This document shows, piece by piece, positions 27,689-40,537 of a stretch of DNA of 64,000 nucleotides. Location: contig JAGIQG010000017.1 of the NCBI GenBank assembly GCA_024679065.1, positions 22,878,001 to 22,942,000 of the forward strand, read 5' to 3'. Below the pieces are notes generated by a model that saw only the letters and a program-made list of their open reading frames with translations, made no database searches and had not been told where the DNA came from. The position numbers and the translations under genes are program-made. How positions within the stretch are numbered: the stretch's first letter is position 1; every line of letters begins with the position of its first letter. The DNA comes from Sphyrna mokarran. Lineage: Eukaryota.

Positions 27689-28467
27689 TCAAAGTGTATA
27701 ATTCCACCTCATTCTATATAATTAGCAGTACCATAAAGAAATTGATTTCCTTTTTTTTCAAACAGTGATTCATACCAATTTTCTTGTACAGTTAACATTC
27801 TAGACTTTAGGAAACTGATTTAAAAACATATAAATCGATTCATTTTAAGCTTTACTGTAAAAGCTAATGATCATGTAATAAAGCAAAATCAAATTTAAGA
27901 ATGCCTGCTGTAATTAATTGTCACTATTAAAAAAAATAAATTATCCAAAACATATGTACCTAGACGAGAATTTATAAACTAAATTGATGGCTGGTATCCA
28001 AAATATTTCCTGCATGTGCATGACTTGATTTTTATTTGAATTTGATAATCAACAGCATCATTTATGCTTGAAATGTCAGATTCAGAAAAAACCCTTTATT
28101 TTACAGATTATTTGCACAGAGCTGTAAAATAGAAAATGATCAACCAAGAATGCCAGTGTCATTAAAAGGATGCAATCACTCAGATAAGCTGCAATCATAA
28201 ATAATAAAAAAGTATTCCATTTACAAATCAAATTCCATTTAAATTGTAGAAAAATAACAGCAGGCATAATAACTGCACAAGATGAAATAAAGTTTTTATA
28301 TATTTGCCCTATTAATGGACTATGCTGTATTTTAATGATTTTAATTTGCTCATGAATATTATGAATGAGCCCAAGTTTTCACCTATTGCATCAAAAGAAG
28401 ATGGTTTAAGTAACTCCATTTTTATGTCTTTCCATCCTTCTCCAAAGAATATTTCTGTGACAGATAC

Positions 28468-28620
28468 CTTTATCAGAGTGTTTCTGTTCGAGAGCATGAA
28501 GGTCTGGCAGCAAGTGCATGCAGTTGATGCAACAATAAGTGAAGAAATCCAGTACCACCACTTTACCACAAAGATCTTTATGCAAGAGAAGAGGTTCCTT
28601 GGTGTTCACCCACTCCAGAC
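28468..28620 (-). CDS. NHLRC2: NHLRC2 coding exon 2 (153 nt), thioredoxin-like domain with CCINC motif
   Basis: Acceptor ttacttgcag|; translates (G)[50 protein letters not shown]; donor AAG|GTATCT; in frame with exons 1 and 3. Confidence 0.97.
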
Positions 28621-30321
28621 CTGCAAGTAAAGAAATAGAAGGCAGTATTTAACATTTGCTGATATTGCCAGCATACAAGTGAGAATGGCACCACACCTCT
28701 TAGAGCTGCCAACCTAATCAGAGGGCCAGCAGCTAAGCAGTGCCCTGATCATGGTGGCTTCTATGGCCATTGGTAAGATTGCAGGGTGCCTCCATGTTGA
28801 GTCACCATTTTTTAAACTTCATGTGTCTGAGCCAGACAGGCACAACTCTCCAACAGCAGCCATAAAGCATGCTATCCTCTGGGTAAAATGCTGCCCGCTC
28901 CCACTTGACAGGTTCACTGAGGTTCTTACGCTGAGAATATCCCGTGGTGCAGGAAGACGATAGGCTCCCCTCTTCCATTACTGTTTTATATGGCCTACTT
29001 GGCAGTACCATTTACACAACTCCTTGCAGATCACTTAAGATCTTATTAAGATCACTTTTCATAAACTATCGTTATTCTGGCGTTCACTTTTGTCTGAGTA
29101 AGTGACAGTGAAATGTTTGAACATTAAAGGTGCTATACCCATGGAAGTTGTTACTGCGTCAGGCAAAGGAAAGCAACTACACCTTCCATAAAATATTGAA
29201 TGAAGTATGCCTTTTATATACACCTTCCCCATACCACATTGAAATGTCTTGCAAGTTTATTAATGGTTAAGATTTCACGTGGGGTTCTCTACACCAGTCC
29301 TCACCTTCAAATATTTCATCATTCACAGCTCTTCTTGCACAAACCCTAATGGAAGTTCAATTTTCTATCACTAGCATTTTCAACAGGTCAATTGCATCTA
29401 ACTGCTGCAAAGCACAGCTCTCAGCTTCTTTTTCACTTTTCTGCCTGGTTTTTCTTACTCCAAAAATATTAATTACAACTCTTTCCACATTCTTTCCAGC
29501 TACTCCCATCTCTCCCTCCCTTACTACATTGTTGCTCCTGACTAGTCTACTTCAAAAATGGAAATAACAGATAAATATTAAACTATTGTGAAAATTATGC
29601 ATGCTGATTTTGTTCCATAAAAGTGAACAGATGCTTCAGCATATGTGCTGTAGAGTTAAATCTGTACAAAAGAATATCCACGTGCCCACTTATATGCAGG
29701 CTGCTAAAATGTAATGCATTTTACAGGATAATAATGTATCTTTGTAGGGTAATTATAACTGAAATGAGATATTTTTAAAAAATCAAGTGCAGAAAATCAG
29801 ACATTGAACAGAAGATAAATGGAACACAGAGTGGGGTCTGTCAGCAATAAAAGGCATGATAACATTCCTGGTGTAGCCCATACAAAACTTAAAAATGAGA
29901 AGATGTGCATGGTTCTTGAAAAGATTAAACAAAATAAAGTGTTTAGAAAGAGAGAGAATATCCAATAAGAGTCACAGAAAGGCAGTTGGTAGGTTTAACG
30001 CAAACAGGTATTTCGAAAAGCTTAACAGAGGAAACTGATTGACACTATCATTTAAACGGAACTGTTTCATATGCAAATTAAAATGAATAATCTTCCAGAA
30101 ACACCATTCTCATGAAAAGTTCGTAAGAGTTCACGCTCTTTCAAAAAACTATACGTTTGGTCCGGTTTCTATGGCAAAAATAACATTGAGGCTATCAGTT
30201 CTTATGATGTAAATAAAAAACACGAACTGCAGATTCTTTTAAAACTTCAAGCAGTAAATTGATACTGTCCTATCTCCATAATTTGTGAAAATGTTTGCAT
30301 GATATGCACAAAAGAGTGACC

Positions 30322-31336
30322 TAATGTTAGAAAATCTCAACGTGATTCCTCCATACCACTACGCTGATTTTTTTTTAGGGCAGCATGCCGGGAGATTTAA
30401 ATGGGGCCGGATTAGCATAATCTGCACGGACATCCGGCCCACAGCGTGTCTCCCAGCAGCAGATTTCCAGCGCTATCAGTTCTGTGTCAGAAAAGGGCGT
30501 GGAATTGCATTATATATGCGCAACTCCACTTAATATATTTTAAATATAATTAGTGGGCCCAGGTTTTTGGCATTCCCCCCCACCCGCAATCCCCTCCGGC
30601 CAGGAGTATTTCACTCCAGTGGGAATTACGATAGCTTCCCACTTGTAGGGAGCTAGCAGCCTGACCCCGCTGGAGTGAAGGAGAGGCAATCTAAGTCCCC
30701 CAAAAGGCCAGGCAGCAAGGGGAGCCCCCTGGGAACTGGCACCTTGGCAGTGCTCATTTAGGTCCCTGGCACTGGCTAAGGAGCAAAGTGCAAATGCCCA
30801 ATGGGCATGGCGCAGTGCCAAGGGGACGAGGCTTGATGGGAGCAGGACCTGATTTTGGGGAGGGGGGTGTGCAGCTGTCACTCTGCAGTCAGGCTCGATG
30901 GGAGAGGGCGGGAGGCCAATGACATGGACTGTCTACCTAGGAAATGGGCAGTCTACTCAGGAGGTCGGCATTGCAGGGTCAGGACTGTGGGTTGGGGGTA
31001 AGGGGTCGAAGCTGGGCCAGCGAACGGACCACCGGGGCTTAAGTGGGGGGGGGGGGGGAGTGGTTGCATGGGTTTGTGCAGCTGACCAGCAATCGGGAGA
31101 CCATCAGACAGAGGCCATTATGTACTGAGAGATCAATGCAAGCATAGTGGCCTGCTCCACGCTATGTTGCCAGTCTTCTAGGTGGGAATAAGTCCTTACC
31201 ACTCATTTCTTACACAATTTACGCTGGTGCATTCTGCAGTTCACAGTGTGTGGGAGATTCTTCTCCAAACTCCTACTGAAAAAAAATTCTAGTTTTCACA
31301 CAACATGACACCAGAATTTGTTTGGGATAATTGCCC
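30322..31336. mobile_element. GC-rich ~1 kb non-autonomous element; homolog in opposite orientation at ~3333-3950
   Basis: Reverse complement of 31190-31336 aligns by eye with 3333-3510 (tttttcag.agga...gaatctcc.acac.ctg.g.actgcag.atg...ttcccacc). No coding motif; ends resemble the MITE TIRs. Confidence 0.6.
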
Positions 31337-33599
31337 TACTCATGTTTTAATTCAAATGTCTTACAAACATTAATTTATAAAATGAAAAATAGAACATATA
31401 ATCAATACAATTATGGCTGTCAAACTGCCATACGAGAAAAAATTAAACTCTATAGCTGAAGTTAAATGAAACAATATATATTTTCCTACATTGATGTCAG
31501 CTGTACTAGAGACCGACAGAGAACTCCTGCTTGTGGTTTTAAGATTGTTTCTTCGAAATTTGTCTTTGTATAATGAATATTTTGTTGTGCAGGTATGAAT
31601 ATTAATCATTTCAAACACCAGTGATTCTGATAATTTGTGTTTGTCACCAAGCAATGTTGTGCTTGACTTCAGATATATCAATTCAATTTTGCTCACTGAC
31701 TATGCAAAAAGTTTCTAAATCAATCTGACTAAATTTTAAGTGAATTTCATATATTCATAAATGAATGAGTTTTAAGCTCAAAGTGTAATTAATTACAGCC
31801 AAGCACAGACATTTTTTTCATCAAACCATCAACCACAACATTTGTAAGAGGTAACCACAAATCCAAAAAGCCTGAGGATGGAAATTTTAAATTACTCTGA
31901 ATTTTAAAAATGTCGCTAGAGACAATCTGTTAAAGTTAACTAAATTGTACCAGTAAGATAATTACTTGATGCATTTCTCAAGTTAGAATCTTTTGTTAAC
32001 AATTTCTGACTGTTTTCTTGAATTTAGCACATTTGGTACATATTTGACATTAGGTCGCTTGCTTTATCACTTCCTCATGCCAAAAAAATCGGAGCAGCAT
32101 ACTAATTTAAACATAAAACCTATCACCTCAGTCTCCTATAATTAATGTAACCCAGCTATAACAATGCTCTCAAACCCAGTTAATTTATCTATTACAATCT
32201 CCGGAGAGACCAGTGACAGTTTAAAGAGAAATTTGAACTGCTAATTAGATTTCACATTTCAAACAAAACATTTTTCTATATCAGAATTAAACAAAATAAA
32301 CATTGTTCACTTAACAGTATATTTTGTAATTACTTGGGTGCTAGACCCCCCTTTTACCTCCAATCCAAGAGCTTAATAGAATCTTGAGGGTTAAATCCTT
32401 TTTCTTAAAATCAAACCAAGGCATGCCACATCTTCCTGCAATTCACTTTGATCTCTCCTCAATGCTCCTGCTATTCTCCCAAGTACAAGATCTCTTAAGC
32501 TCCTTCCACTGGCATTTGGCTATATGACCTTCATATTCTTCAAACTCATGATTGCGCACTTCACAACTCAAGCATGGACTTCATTCATATTTTTGAATTG
32601 TGGCTTTTAAATTAGAAACACCATTGGTTCCTAATAGCCCTCTGCTATGGCCCACATTGCTTTGAAGATTCCAGTAGATTCCTTCTCTGCCTGTTTCAAA
32701 GAACAAAAAACAAAAGAACAAAGTTTCAATGCTACTCCTAAGCTGGCTGCTGATTTGTGTGTGAAAATGCACAAATAAAACTAAAATAAAAGGGCACCTC
32801 CCCGATTGATTTATTTCCACAGAAATAAGGCATACCTGGGATGCTCCCAAATAGAAATTTAAACTGATTATCTTTTACCTCCAAAACACTCTGATCCTAG
32901 GATCACATAAATTAGATGTCTAATGGGAGTAACTGGCAGCTGCAGATTCACTGGTTCAATCAAAAAACCTGCTAGAGGTTCTTGACCTGGGGGAGCTACA
33001 GAATAATTTACATTTCTACCAAAAACAAAGCTGTCTACAATTTCCACCAAATGCAAACCTTGTAAATACACAGAAAAGGACTCTGATTTGCACTTACTTT
33101 AGATGTTCTGGCAATTACTGAACTCAAGTTTCAATTACTTTACATTTAAAAATTTCAACTCCCAACTAAAAACCAAACTTCAATACACACGTTTATTCCT
33201 TAATCAACCTCACCAAAGAAACAAATGATCAGATCATTACTACATTATTGTTTGTAGAAGCTTGCTGTGTGCAATTGGCTGTCATGCTTCCTATAATATA
33301 ATTAATAGCTATACATTAAAAGTACCTATTTGACTGTAAAGCAATTTATGTCCGTTATTCTAAATGATACGATATAAATGAAGTCCTTTTTACACCACAT
33401 TTGTCTCTATTTTGTGTTGATACTTATGTTATATCTTTCACATATCACTGAATTGTGAATGTATCATTGGCTCTCGTTCTAACATACTAGTTATAGTGTT
33501 TAAAAAACTTTTATGTCTTTTTCTGGCTGGCTTTTAATAAATTGTAATTCCATTCAGATAATGAAAGGAATGCCAGTCAGCTCAAAAGATTAACCTCAT

Positions 33600-36560
33600 A
33601 TTCCACCTAAGTGGAATGAAAAGGAACAGACCCTCAAACTTCCTGGGGAACTTGAAAGCTCCCATCTCCTGCTGGCTATCTGGAAACTTCTCAAAGGTTT
33701 CTGAGATGAGGCATCGAAATGTAATTACCTCTTCTGCAAAGCAATGATTGCAGATATAGTTATCAAATTCCTCAGGAGTATACAGCCAATAAGACTTTTA
33801 AGAATTGTTCATCAAGCTAGAGAGCAGAAATTGAAAGGTTACTTTTAGTGCGTATGAACTAGCATACAATCAGAAATTTTGCACTTCCTGAAAACAACAG
33901 CACCAGATGTACATCAAATCTGAATGACTTAAGCAGCTCACATTCTATCAGTCGATATGATGTTTAAGGTCAAGGCCATGTATGAAAACCTTGGAAAAAT
34001 GGCTTTTTGAGGACTTCAAAAATTCACTCCATCTCCCTTTAAAAAACATATTTAGAGAGGAGGAAAGTGGGAGGGACCAGGCAGGCAGCAGCTCTGGCTG
34101 ATGATTATGAACTTGCCCACAAGCCCTTATCCCAAAGGGAACTCTTCCCTAATCATTTTCAGGAACTTGAAAATGATGGGAAGCCAAGCACCTATTGGAG
34201 AGATGGACAGCTGGAAACACAGGGATCCCTCCTCAGACCAGAAAGGATGGTGCTGAAAAAGAAGTGGTATTCGGAAGCCTGTGTGTTCCAACTGCCATAA
34301 GGCTGATACCTTTATGCTGATTATTGGAACTTATGGGGAAAGCTAATAGGATTTATTGAAGAACACAGGCCATATGCAGAAAGAGAGAGTCAGGCCAAGA
34401 ACACAATAGATCAGATGTTACAGAAATTTGCTGCTATAGCCAAAGTAAGTGCAATTTGGACTAGTAAAGTTTCTCAAAATTACAGGGACTTCATAGAGGA
34501 AAAGGCACCCTATTTCCCCAGAGTGAACGAAGATCATACTGAGGGATACAGGGAACAGTCAATTTCAACTATGGGGAAAAGGCATGACTTTTCCACAGAG
34601 AATCCACTACAGACCAAAGTACTGGTAAAGAATATCAAGGGAAAATACATTCCCATACCTTTAAAGAAGGTGCATTTGGAGTGTGACCTCATTTCAAGAT
34701 CAATGACTGTGGGATTTGTCCCCAATTTACCTAACGGGGTCCACCTGATCTCAGAAATTACCTGGCAGAATCAAAAGTGGTAGCATCCCTGGTAGTCTTA
34801 AAGAAGCAGCAATGGTTAGGGAGATGGGCCAGCTGCAGGAGAAGATCCATGGCATTTTTCTGACTGTGGGGCAACCTGGTCTATGGTCAAATAGAGTGCA
34901 GATCAGTAAAGTTGACCGGGTGCTAAAAGGATGAGCACAGATTGCCCAAACTAAAACTGAAGTAAAGGGAGTCATGGAGTGCTGTTATTTTAAAAATGAG
35001 GAATTGATGAGGATGTAGAGGCTCCCCTCACAGTCCTGCAGATTAGAGATTGGAAAATGATCTCCCAGGTAGCGGTGCTGTCAAAGCACCGAGGGGAGAC
35101 AAACTATTTAATTAACACCTCAGACTGTAGTGAGAAAAACATAACTGCATCATATCAACAAGTTAAAGCAAACCACAGCCAGGAAGAAGACAAGCAGATA
35201 ACCATCTGTCAGCAAATAAAAGAATTGAACGACGAAAGGGACAGTGATAATGAATTAGATGAAAGCCTGCGTAAACTCCCTACTGTCTGGTTAGCAAACA
35301 AAGATATGTTACAGAAATTAGACACAATATTCACCCATTTAAATGTGGATCAAAGAAGCGATTCGGCAAGATTGCTCATCGCATTTAACAGCATCTGTAG
35401 AGATGAGCCAGGCCCCACGTCATGTGAATGTGCAAGAGACCCCTCCCATTAAACACAATCCCTACCATCTAGGTCCAGAAAATTGACGCAGCTACAGAAG
35501 GAGATCAAACATATTCTAGAGCACATGTTAATTAAGCCCTGTCCCTAGTTGTGTACATGCCTTAGTCAGATGGCTGCACACATCTCTGCACTGATCACTG
35601 AAAGATTAATTCAGTAACCAAAGCAAGCTACTACCTGATCTTCTGCTGGAAGATTGCATAGATTGAGTAGATAATCCAGTCTACATCATTGAGATCAATT
35701 TATTAAAGGAATACTGGCAAATGTCTTTGACCACCTGAACAAAGATCTCTGCCTTTGTAACTGCAGATGGGTTATATCAGCGTTGAGTAATGCCATTTAG
35801 ATTCAGATGCTGTAGTCACCTTACAAAAGCTGATGAATCAGCTAGTTATGGGCCTGACTGTGTGTTCTATTTACACAGCCTGTCGGTGCACAGCGACACC
35901 TGCATAATCACCTAACTGTAAGCCCTCAGTCAAAAAAGATTAGTCAAAGGTCAACCTCCCAAAAAGCAAGTTCACTATGGCTCAGGTGACTTATTTATCA
36001 TAGGTAGTGGGTTAAAGACAAGTGCTACCCAAAGCTGCAAGATACAGGCAGTAGTGAATCTTCAGATCTCCAGAAATAAATGAGAAATATTGAGGTGCTT
36101 AGGGATGAATGCTTTTGACCACAATTCTGTCCCTAACTTCAGAATTTTGCTGCTCCACTTGCAAAATAAAAGATTGTGCGAAAGAGGCGCCAAACAGCTT
36201 TTGAGAAACAGAAACCCATTGCAGCAAATGAACTAGTGTTGGCAGTTCCAGACTTAAGCAAAGCATTTAAAGTAGCCATCCATGCTAGTGACCTCAGAGT
36301 AGGGGCTGTCCTACTCCAGAAAGATGGATCAAGCATACAGAACCTATCAGGTATTTCCCCCAAAAATTGAGAAAACACCAGAAATAATATTCCATTATGG
36401 AGGAATAAACATTAGAATTACTATAAATTTGAGATATATATCTGAAATGGCTACAGAGATCACAGTCTACAAACCTCAACATTTTAACTTTTGTTGAAAA
36501 ATCCAAAGCCAAAACTGGGAGACAGTTTTGTTGGCATTTGTTCCTCCAACCATAGCACTT
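33600..36560 (+). mobile_element. Decayed Gmr1-like Gypsy element (gag, integrase remnants upstream of RT-RNase H)
   Basis: Gag-like AYEL...Q.F and QAAALADDYELAHK; integrase N-terminal (CYFKN..LMR...DWKMISQVAV) fused to C-terminal (NYLINT.D....HIN.LK) remnants at ~34980-35170; then RT (I.LLKGYWQM.LT ~35690-35735) and RNase H (VPDLSKAFKVAIHASDLRVGAVLLQ). Confidence 0.72.
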
Positions 36561-36799
36561 AAAATGTTGGGAGGGATTAGTCGGGTTGGGTTTGGCAGTT
36601 AAGGTGCTCAGTTCAGTTACAGTGGCTATCATGGAGTTAGACCAGGTATCAATCGTATGACATATTCAAGATAAGTCCAGTATATCTGGCCTAAGTCTTT
36701 GACTCCAAGTTCAGTGTCAGAGAATTTGTGCATGTCCATGGCAATACATATCAGACCACTGAAAGTTTAAACTTCCAGGCCAATTTCAGTGCAGAAACT

Positions 36800-38895
36800 T
36801 CTGCGGGATCCTGACACACATCACAGATTTAAGTGCAAAGATAGGAAGATTTGGATTTTTTTTATATTAATCATTTCTTAGGCCTCAACTGAAGTACTAT
36901 GTCTAAATCTAGACACTACGCTTCAGGAAGGGCACCAAGGTATTAGAGAGGCTACAGAAGATATTTGTGAGAATGGTTCTGGAGATTAAGGGTGTCAGTT
37001 GTGTGGATAGATTGGAGAAGCTGCAATAGAAGAAATGTTAAGAGGAGATTTGATATTATGCAAAATTGCCAATGGTCTGGAAACAGCAGATGGGGAGAAA
37101 CTGTTTCCTTTAGTGGAAAACTAAGAATCAGGTGACATTGATTTAAGATGAAAACCAAAGATGACTTGAGGAAAAACACAGAGTGATTAGGATCTCAAAT
37201 GCATGGCTTGGGAGTGTGAGTGGAGGCAGAATCAATCGCGACTTTTAAAAGGGAATTGGATAATTATTTGAAAATAAAAAGTTGTAGAGCTAATGGGAAT
37301 AAGATACAAGAGGTGAATGGCTGAGTTGTTTCTGCAGAGACCTGACATTGACACAACAGGCCAAACAGCCTTCTTCCAAGTGTTATCATTCTATGATTCT
37401 AGGTGATACTGAAGTTTTACATTACACTGTCAGGTTGCTTTATTTAATCGCTGCAACTAAAGATACATACATACATTTGCTGAAGGGAAAAGCAATTTGA
37501 AAAGTTAAAGGAACCCACACTACAACATTCAAAATGCTAAAAACTATAGAATAGATTAACCCAATGTAATAGTAAATCAGTTGAATCTAGGAACTTAATT
37601 CTCTTAACAAAAAAGTGTATTTCTGAGAGGTCACACAACACCAGGTGTTCAACAGGTTTACTGAAATCACAGGATGGATTAGAGCACTGATTCTTCATCA
37701 GGTGAAGTGGAGAGAGGAGGGCAGGCACAGGATATATAGACAGCTGTCACTCATAGTCTAACACTTACAGGTAATCAAGTGTATCAAAAGACAGTGTAGT
37801 GCAACATAGGCCGGCTGAATAACAAGTTTTTGCAGGTAATCATGAGTGGGGCTTGGTGGAAGCAACATTAAACCATCTTCGATTGCTCTCATAACCCATC
37901 TAGAACATAGAACACTACAGCACAAACAGGCCCTTCGACCTACAAGTTGTGCTGCCAATCATATCAGTACCTACCAGACCATAGAATTATCTGTAACTCC
38001 CAATCCCATTTACTCCCATGTACTCATCCAGAAGTCTCTTAAAAGACCCCAGTGAGTTCGCCTCTACCACCACTGACGGCAGCCGATTCCATTCACTCAC
38101 CACCCTCTAAGTGAAAAACTTACCTCTAGCATCACCTCTATACTTGCCCCCCAGCACCTTAAACCTGTGTCCTCTCATAGCGACCATTTCAGTCCTGGGA
38201 AATAGCCTCCCAGAATCCACCCTATCTATTCCTCTCACATCTTATAAACCTCTAACAGGTCGCCTCTCAACCTCCGTCTCTCGAGGGAGAAGAGACCTAG
38301 TTCTCTCAACCTAAGGCATGCCTCCCAATCCAGGCAACATCCTTGTAAATCTCCTCTGCACCCTCTCAATAGCTTCCACATCCTTCCTATAGTGAGGTGA
38401 TCAGAACTGCACACAGTACTCCAAATGGGGTCTGACAAGGGTCTTATAAAGTTGCAGCATTTACCTCCCGACTCCTAAACTCAATCCCTCTATTAATAAA
38501 GGCCAGTACACCATGTGCCTTCTTGACCACATCCTCCACTTGCGGGGCCAATTTAAGAGTCCTATGGACTCAGAACCCAAGATCCTTCTGCTCCTCAACA
38601 CTGCCAAGATTCCTACTCTTGATATTATACTCCTTCATCCCATTGGTCCTGCCAAAATGGACCACCACACATTTATCCCCATTGAATTCCGTCTGCCATT
38701 TCTCCACCCAGTCTTGCATCCTATCTATGTCTCACTGCAACTTCAGACATCCCTCCAGACTATTCACAACACCACCACCCTTCGTATCATCGGCGAACTT
38801 ACTAACCCATCCTCCACTTCATCATTCAGGTCATTTATAAAAATGACAAACAGCAAGGGTCCTAGAACAGATCCCTGGGGCACTTCACTGGTGAC
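36800..38895. mobile_element. CR1 fragments: plus ~36800-37402 and minus ~37900-38895
   Basis: LGLFSLERRRLRGDL and VPQGSVLGP on minus; ttctatgattcta tail at ~37390; tagaacatagaaca tail at 37900. Confidence 0.85.
37628..37870 (-). mobile_element. Degenerate PLE terminal/3'UTR fragment with decayed hammerhead
   Basis: tcacacaacaccagg...aacaggttta...gagcactgattcttcatcaggtga resembles the other copies; GAAA lost. Confidence 0.7.
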
Positions 38896-40221
38896 TGGTT
38901 CACTAATATCCTCATCTGGTCTAGCCTATATGCAACTCCAGATCCATAGCAATGTGGTTCACTTTTAACTGTGCTTTGAAATGATTTCAGAAGCCACTAA
39001 GTTCAATTAGCGATAGTTAACAAACATTGGCATTATCAGTGATGTTCATAAAAGAAAAGAAAAATTGCAATTAACCAACTGGTTAGTTTCAACTTGTTGG
39101 CCTGCAAAATTAGACTGTCAGCAAAAGTTGAGTTTTTGAGTAACGTTGTTTTAATTACAATAAACACTTAAACTGTTAACCATAATAATAAACTAACAAT
39201 TAACTTTCATCATTTGTACTTAGTGTTTTCAATATTTGAAAAATCTTATCATAACACTAATAATACTCAGTTTATAATCAGACTACAGGTCATTAATTTA
39301 AATTAAGTAAATTTAAAACAATAGTACATATTTAAAACAATCTGCTGGACATGGTTAACAGACACAAACGTGGTATGTTTATTCTGCACCCGGATACTAC
39401 ATAGGAAAATTTGGGCAAGAAAACGTGTACATTTAGCATTTTCTCAAGGGTGTCAAGAAACTACCGCAAGATCCCCACAAGTAGCCGAAGTCGAATGATC
39501 ACTTAATGATCGAGTTGAAAGAACAATGTTGACGAGAGTTCAGAGAGAATTATCTGCAACAACGTCACACTTTAGTGTTCACAGTGACGTTTCACCTTTT
39601 AAGGCTAATTCTACATAAATTGTCATTCACGTCATAGTTTCAGTAGTTATTTAGGCCTTTTCCCTTCCTCATTGGGTGACTGCGCAGAATACTACGGAAA
39701 CAGACACTCAAACACTCTTCGTGGACGCACTTCTAGGAAATAGTTTCTGTGTTAACGGACATAGAAAATACAGAGTGTGCTAAATGTTCCGGCTGAGAGG
39801 AGAAAAAAAGGAACTGCACATCCTGCTACCTTGTTTTCACGGTTTGATGTACATATGACACACACTGGCTGGACAAAAGAAAAATTTTTAAAAGCAAGAA
39901 ACATTGCCGTTACTTTGTAAGATTTGTGTTGAATTGGTCCAATATAAGACAACGTCACAATAAATTGACAAAAGAATTAACGCAGCGGGGAAACTTTCCA
40001 GCGGCAGAAAGCCAGTATTTAGTATTTTATTTAAATGGGATGCATTCTGTTTTAAAATCAACAACTACCAATCTGTTAATCCCGCTTTAAATGGGAAAAT
40101 TGTACTGCGGACTTTCACAGTAACTCCATTGTACTGTTAATGTAAGTCTACTTGTGACACTAATGAATACGTTTTAAAACTTGACAGGCCAACTATAGCA
40201 AGAAAACAGTCTTTTAAACAT

Positions 40222-40318
40222 CAACAGAAAATGCTGGGAAATCTCTGCAGTTCTGATAGCATCTATGGGGACAGAATAGTACCAAAGTTTCGTGTCAAGA
40301 TGACCCTTCGCCAGAGTT
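40222..40318 (-). repeat. Family-2 short repeat with hammerhead-like motif, ~70 bp into NHLRC2 intron 1
   Basis: Minus strand CTGGCGA-A-GGGTC ATCTT GACAC-GAAA-CTTT followed by ...catagatgct...cagcattttctgtt; homologous to 7685-7790 and 5351-5455. Confidence 0.7.
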
Positions 40319-40389
40319 TCCGTAAAGTTTTTTTTGCCTTAAACTAGGTTTCCTATTGCTCTTTATGGGGTTGATTGGGGGGAACTCAC

Positions 40390-40537
40390 CTTGATCAAAC
40401 TCGGGCACTGTTAAGTCGGTTTCCCTACCATCTATCTTTGTGAGGTGCTTGAGGATAAGTTGTTCTTTCTCGGCTGGGTCGGCAGCTTCTAGTAAAGCGG
40501 CGTCCAACTGAGCCTGAAACACAGACACAACCGCCAT
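40390..40537 (-). CDS. NHLRC2: NHL repeat-containing protein 2, coding exon 1 (148 nt, phase-1 end)
   Basis: MAVVSVFQAQLDAALLEAADPAEKEQLILKHLTKIDGRETDLTVPEFDQ-G resembles the vertebrate NHLRC2 N-terminus (LEYALLDA...EKD.LV..YL.KVDGWEQDLSVPEF). ATG in strong context GGCATGG; donor CAAG|GTGAGT at 40389. Confidence 0.93.

Noticed and set aside
30540-31128. GC-rich ORFs resembling a CpG island or exon (also 3432-3795)
   Set aside because: Lie inside a dispersed non-autonomous repeat present twice in the window; no splice-consistent coding signal.
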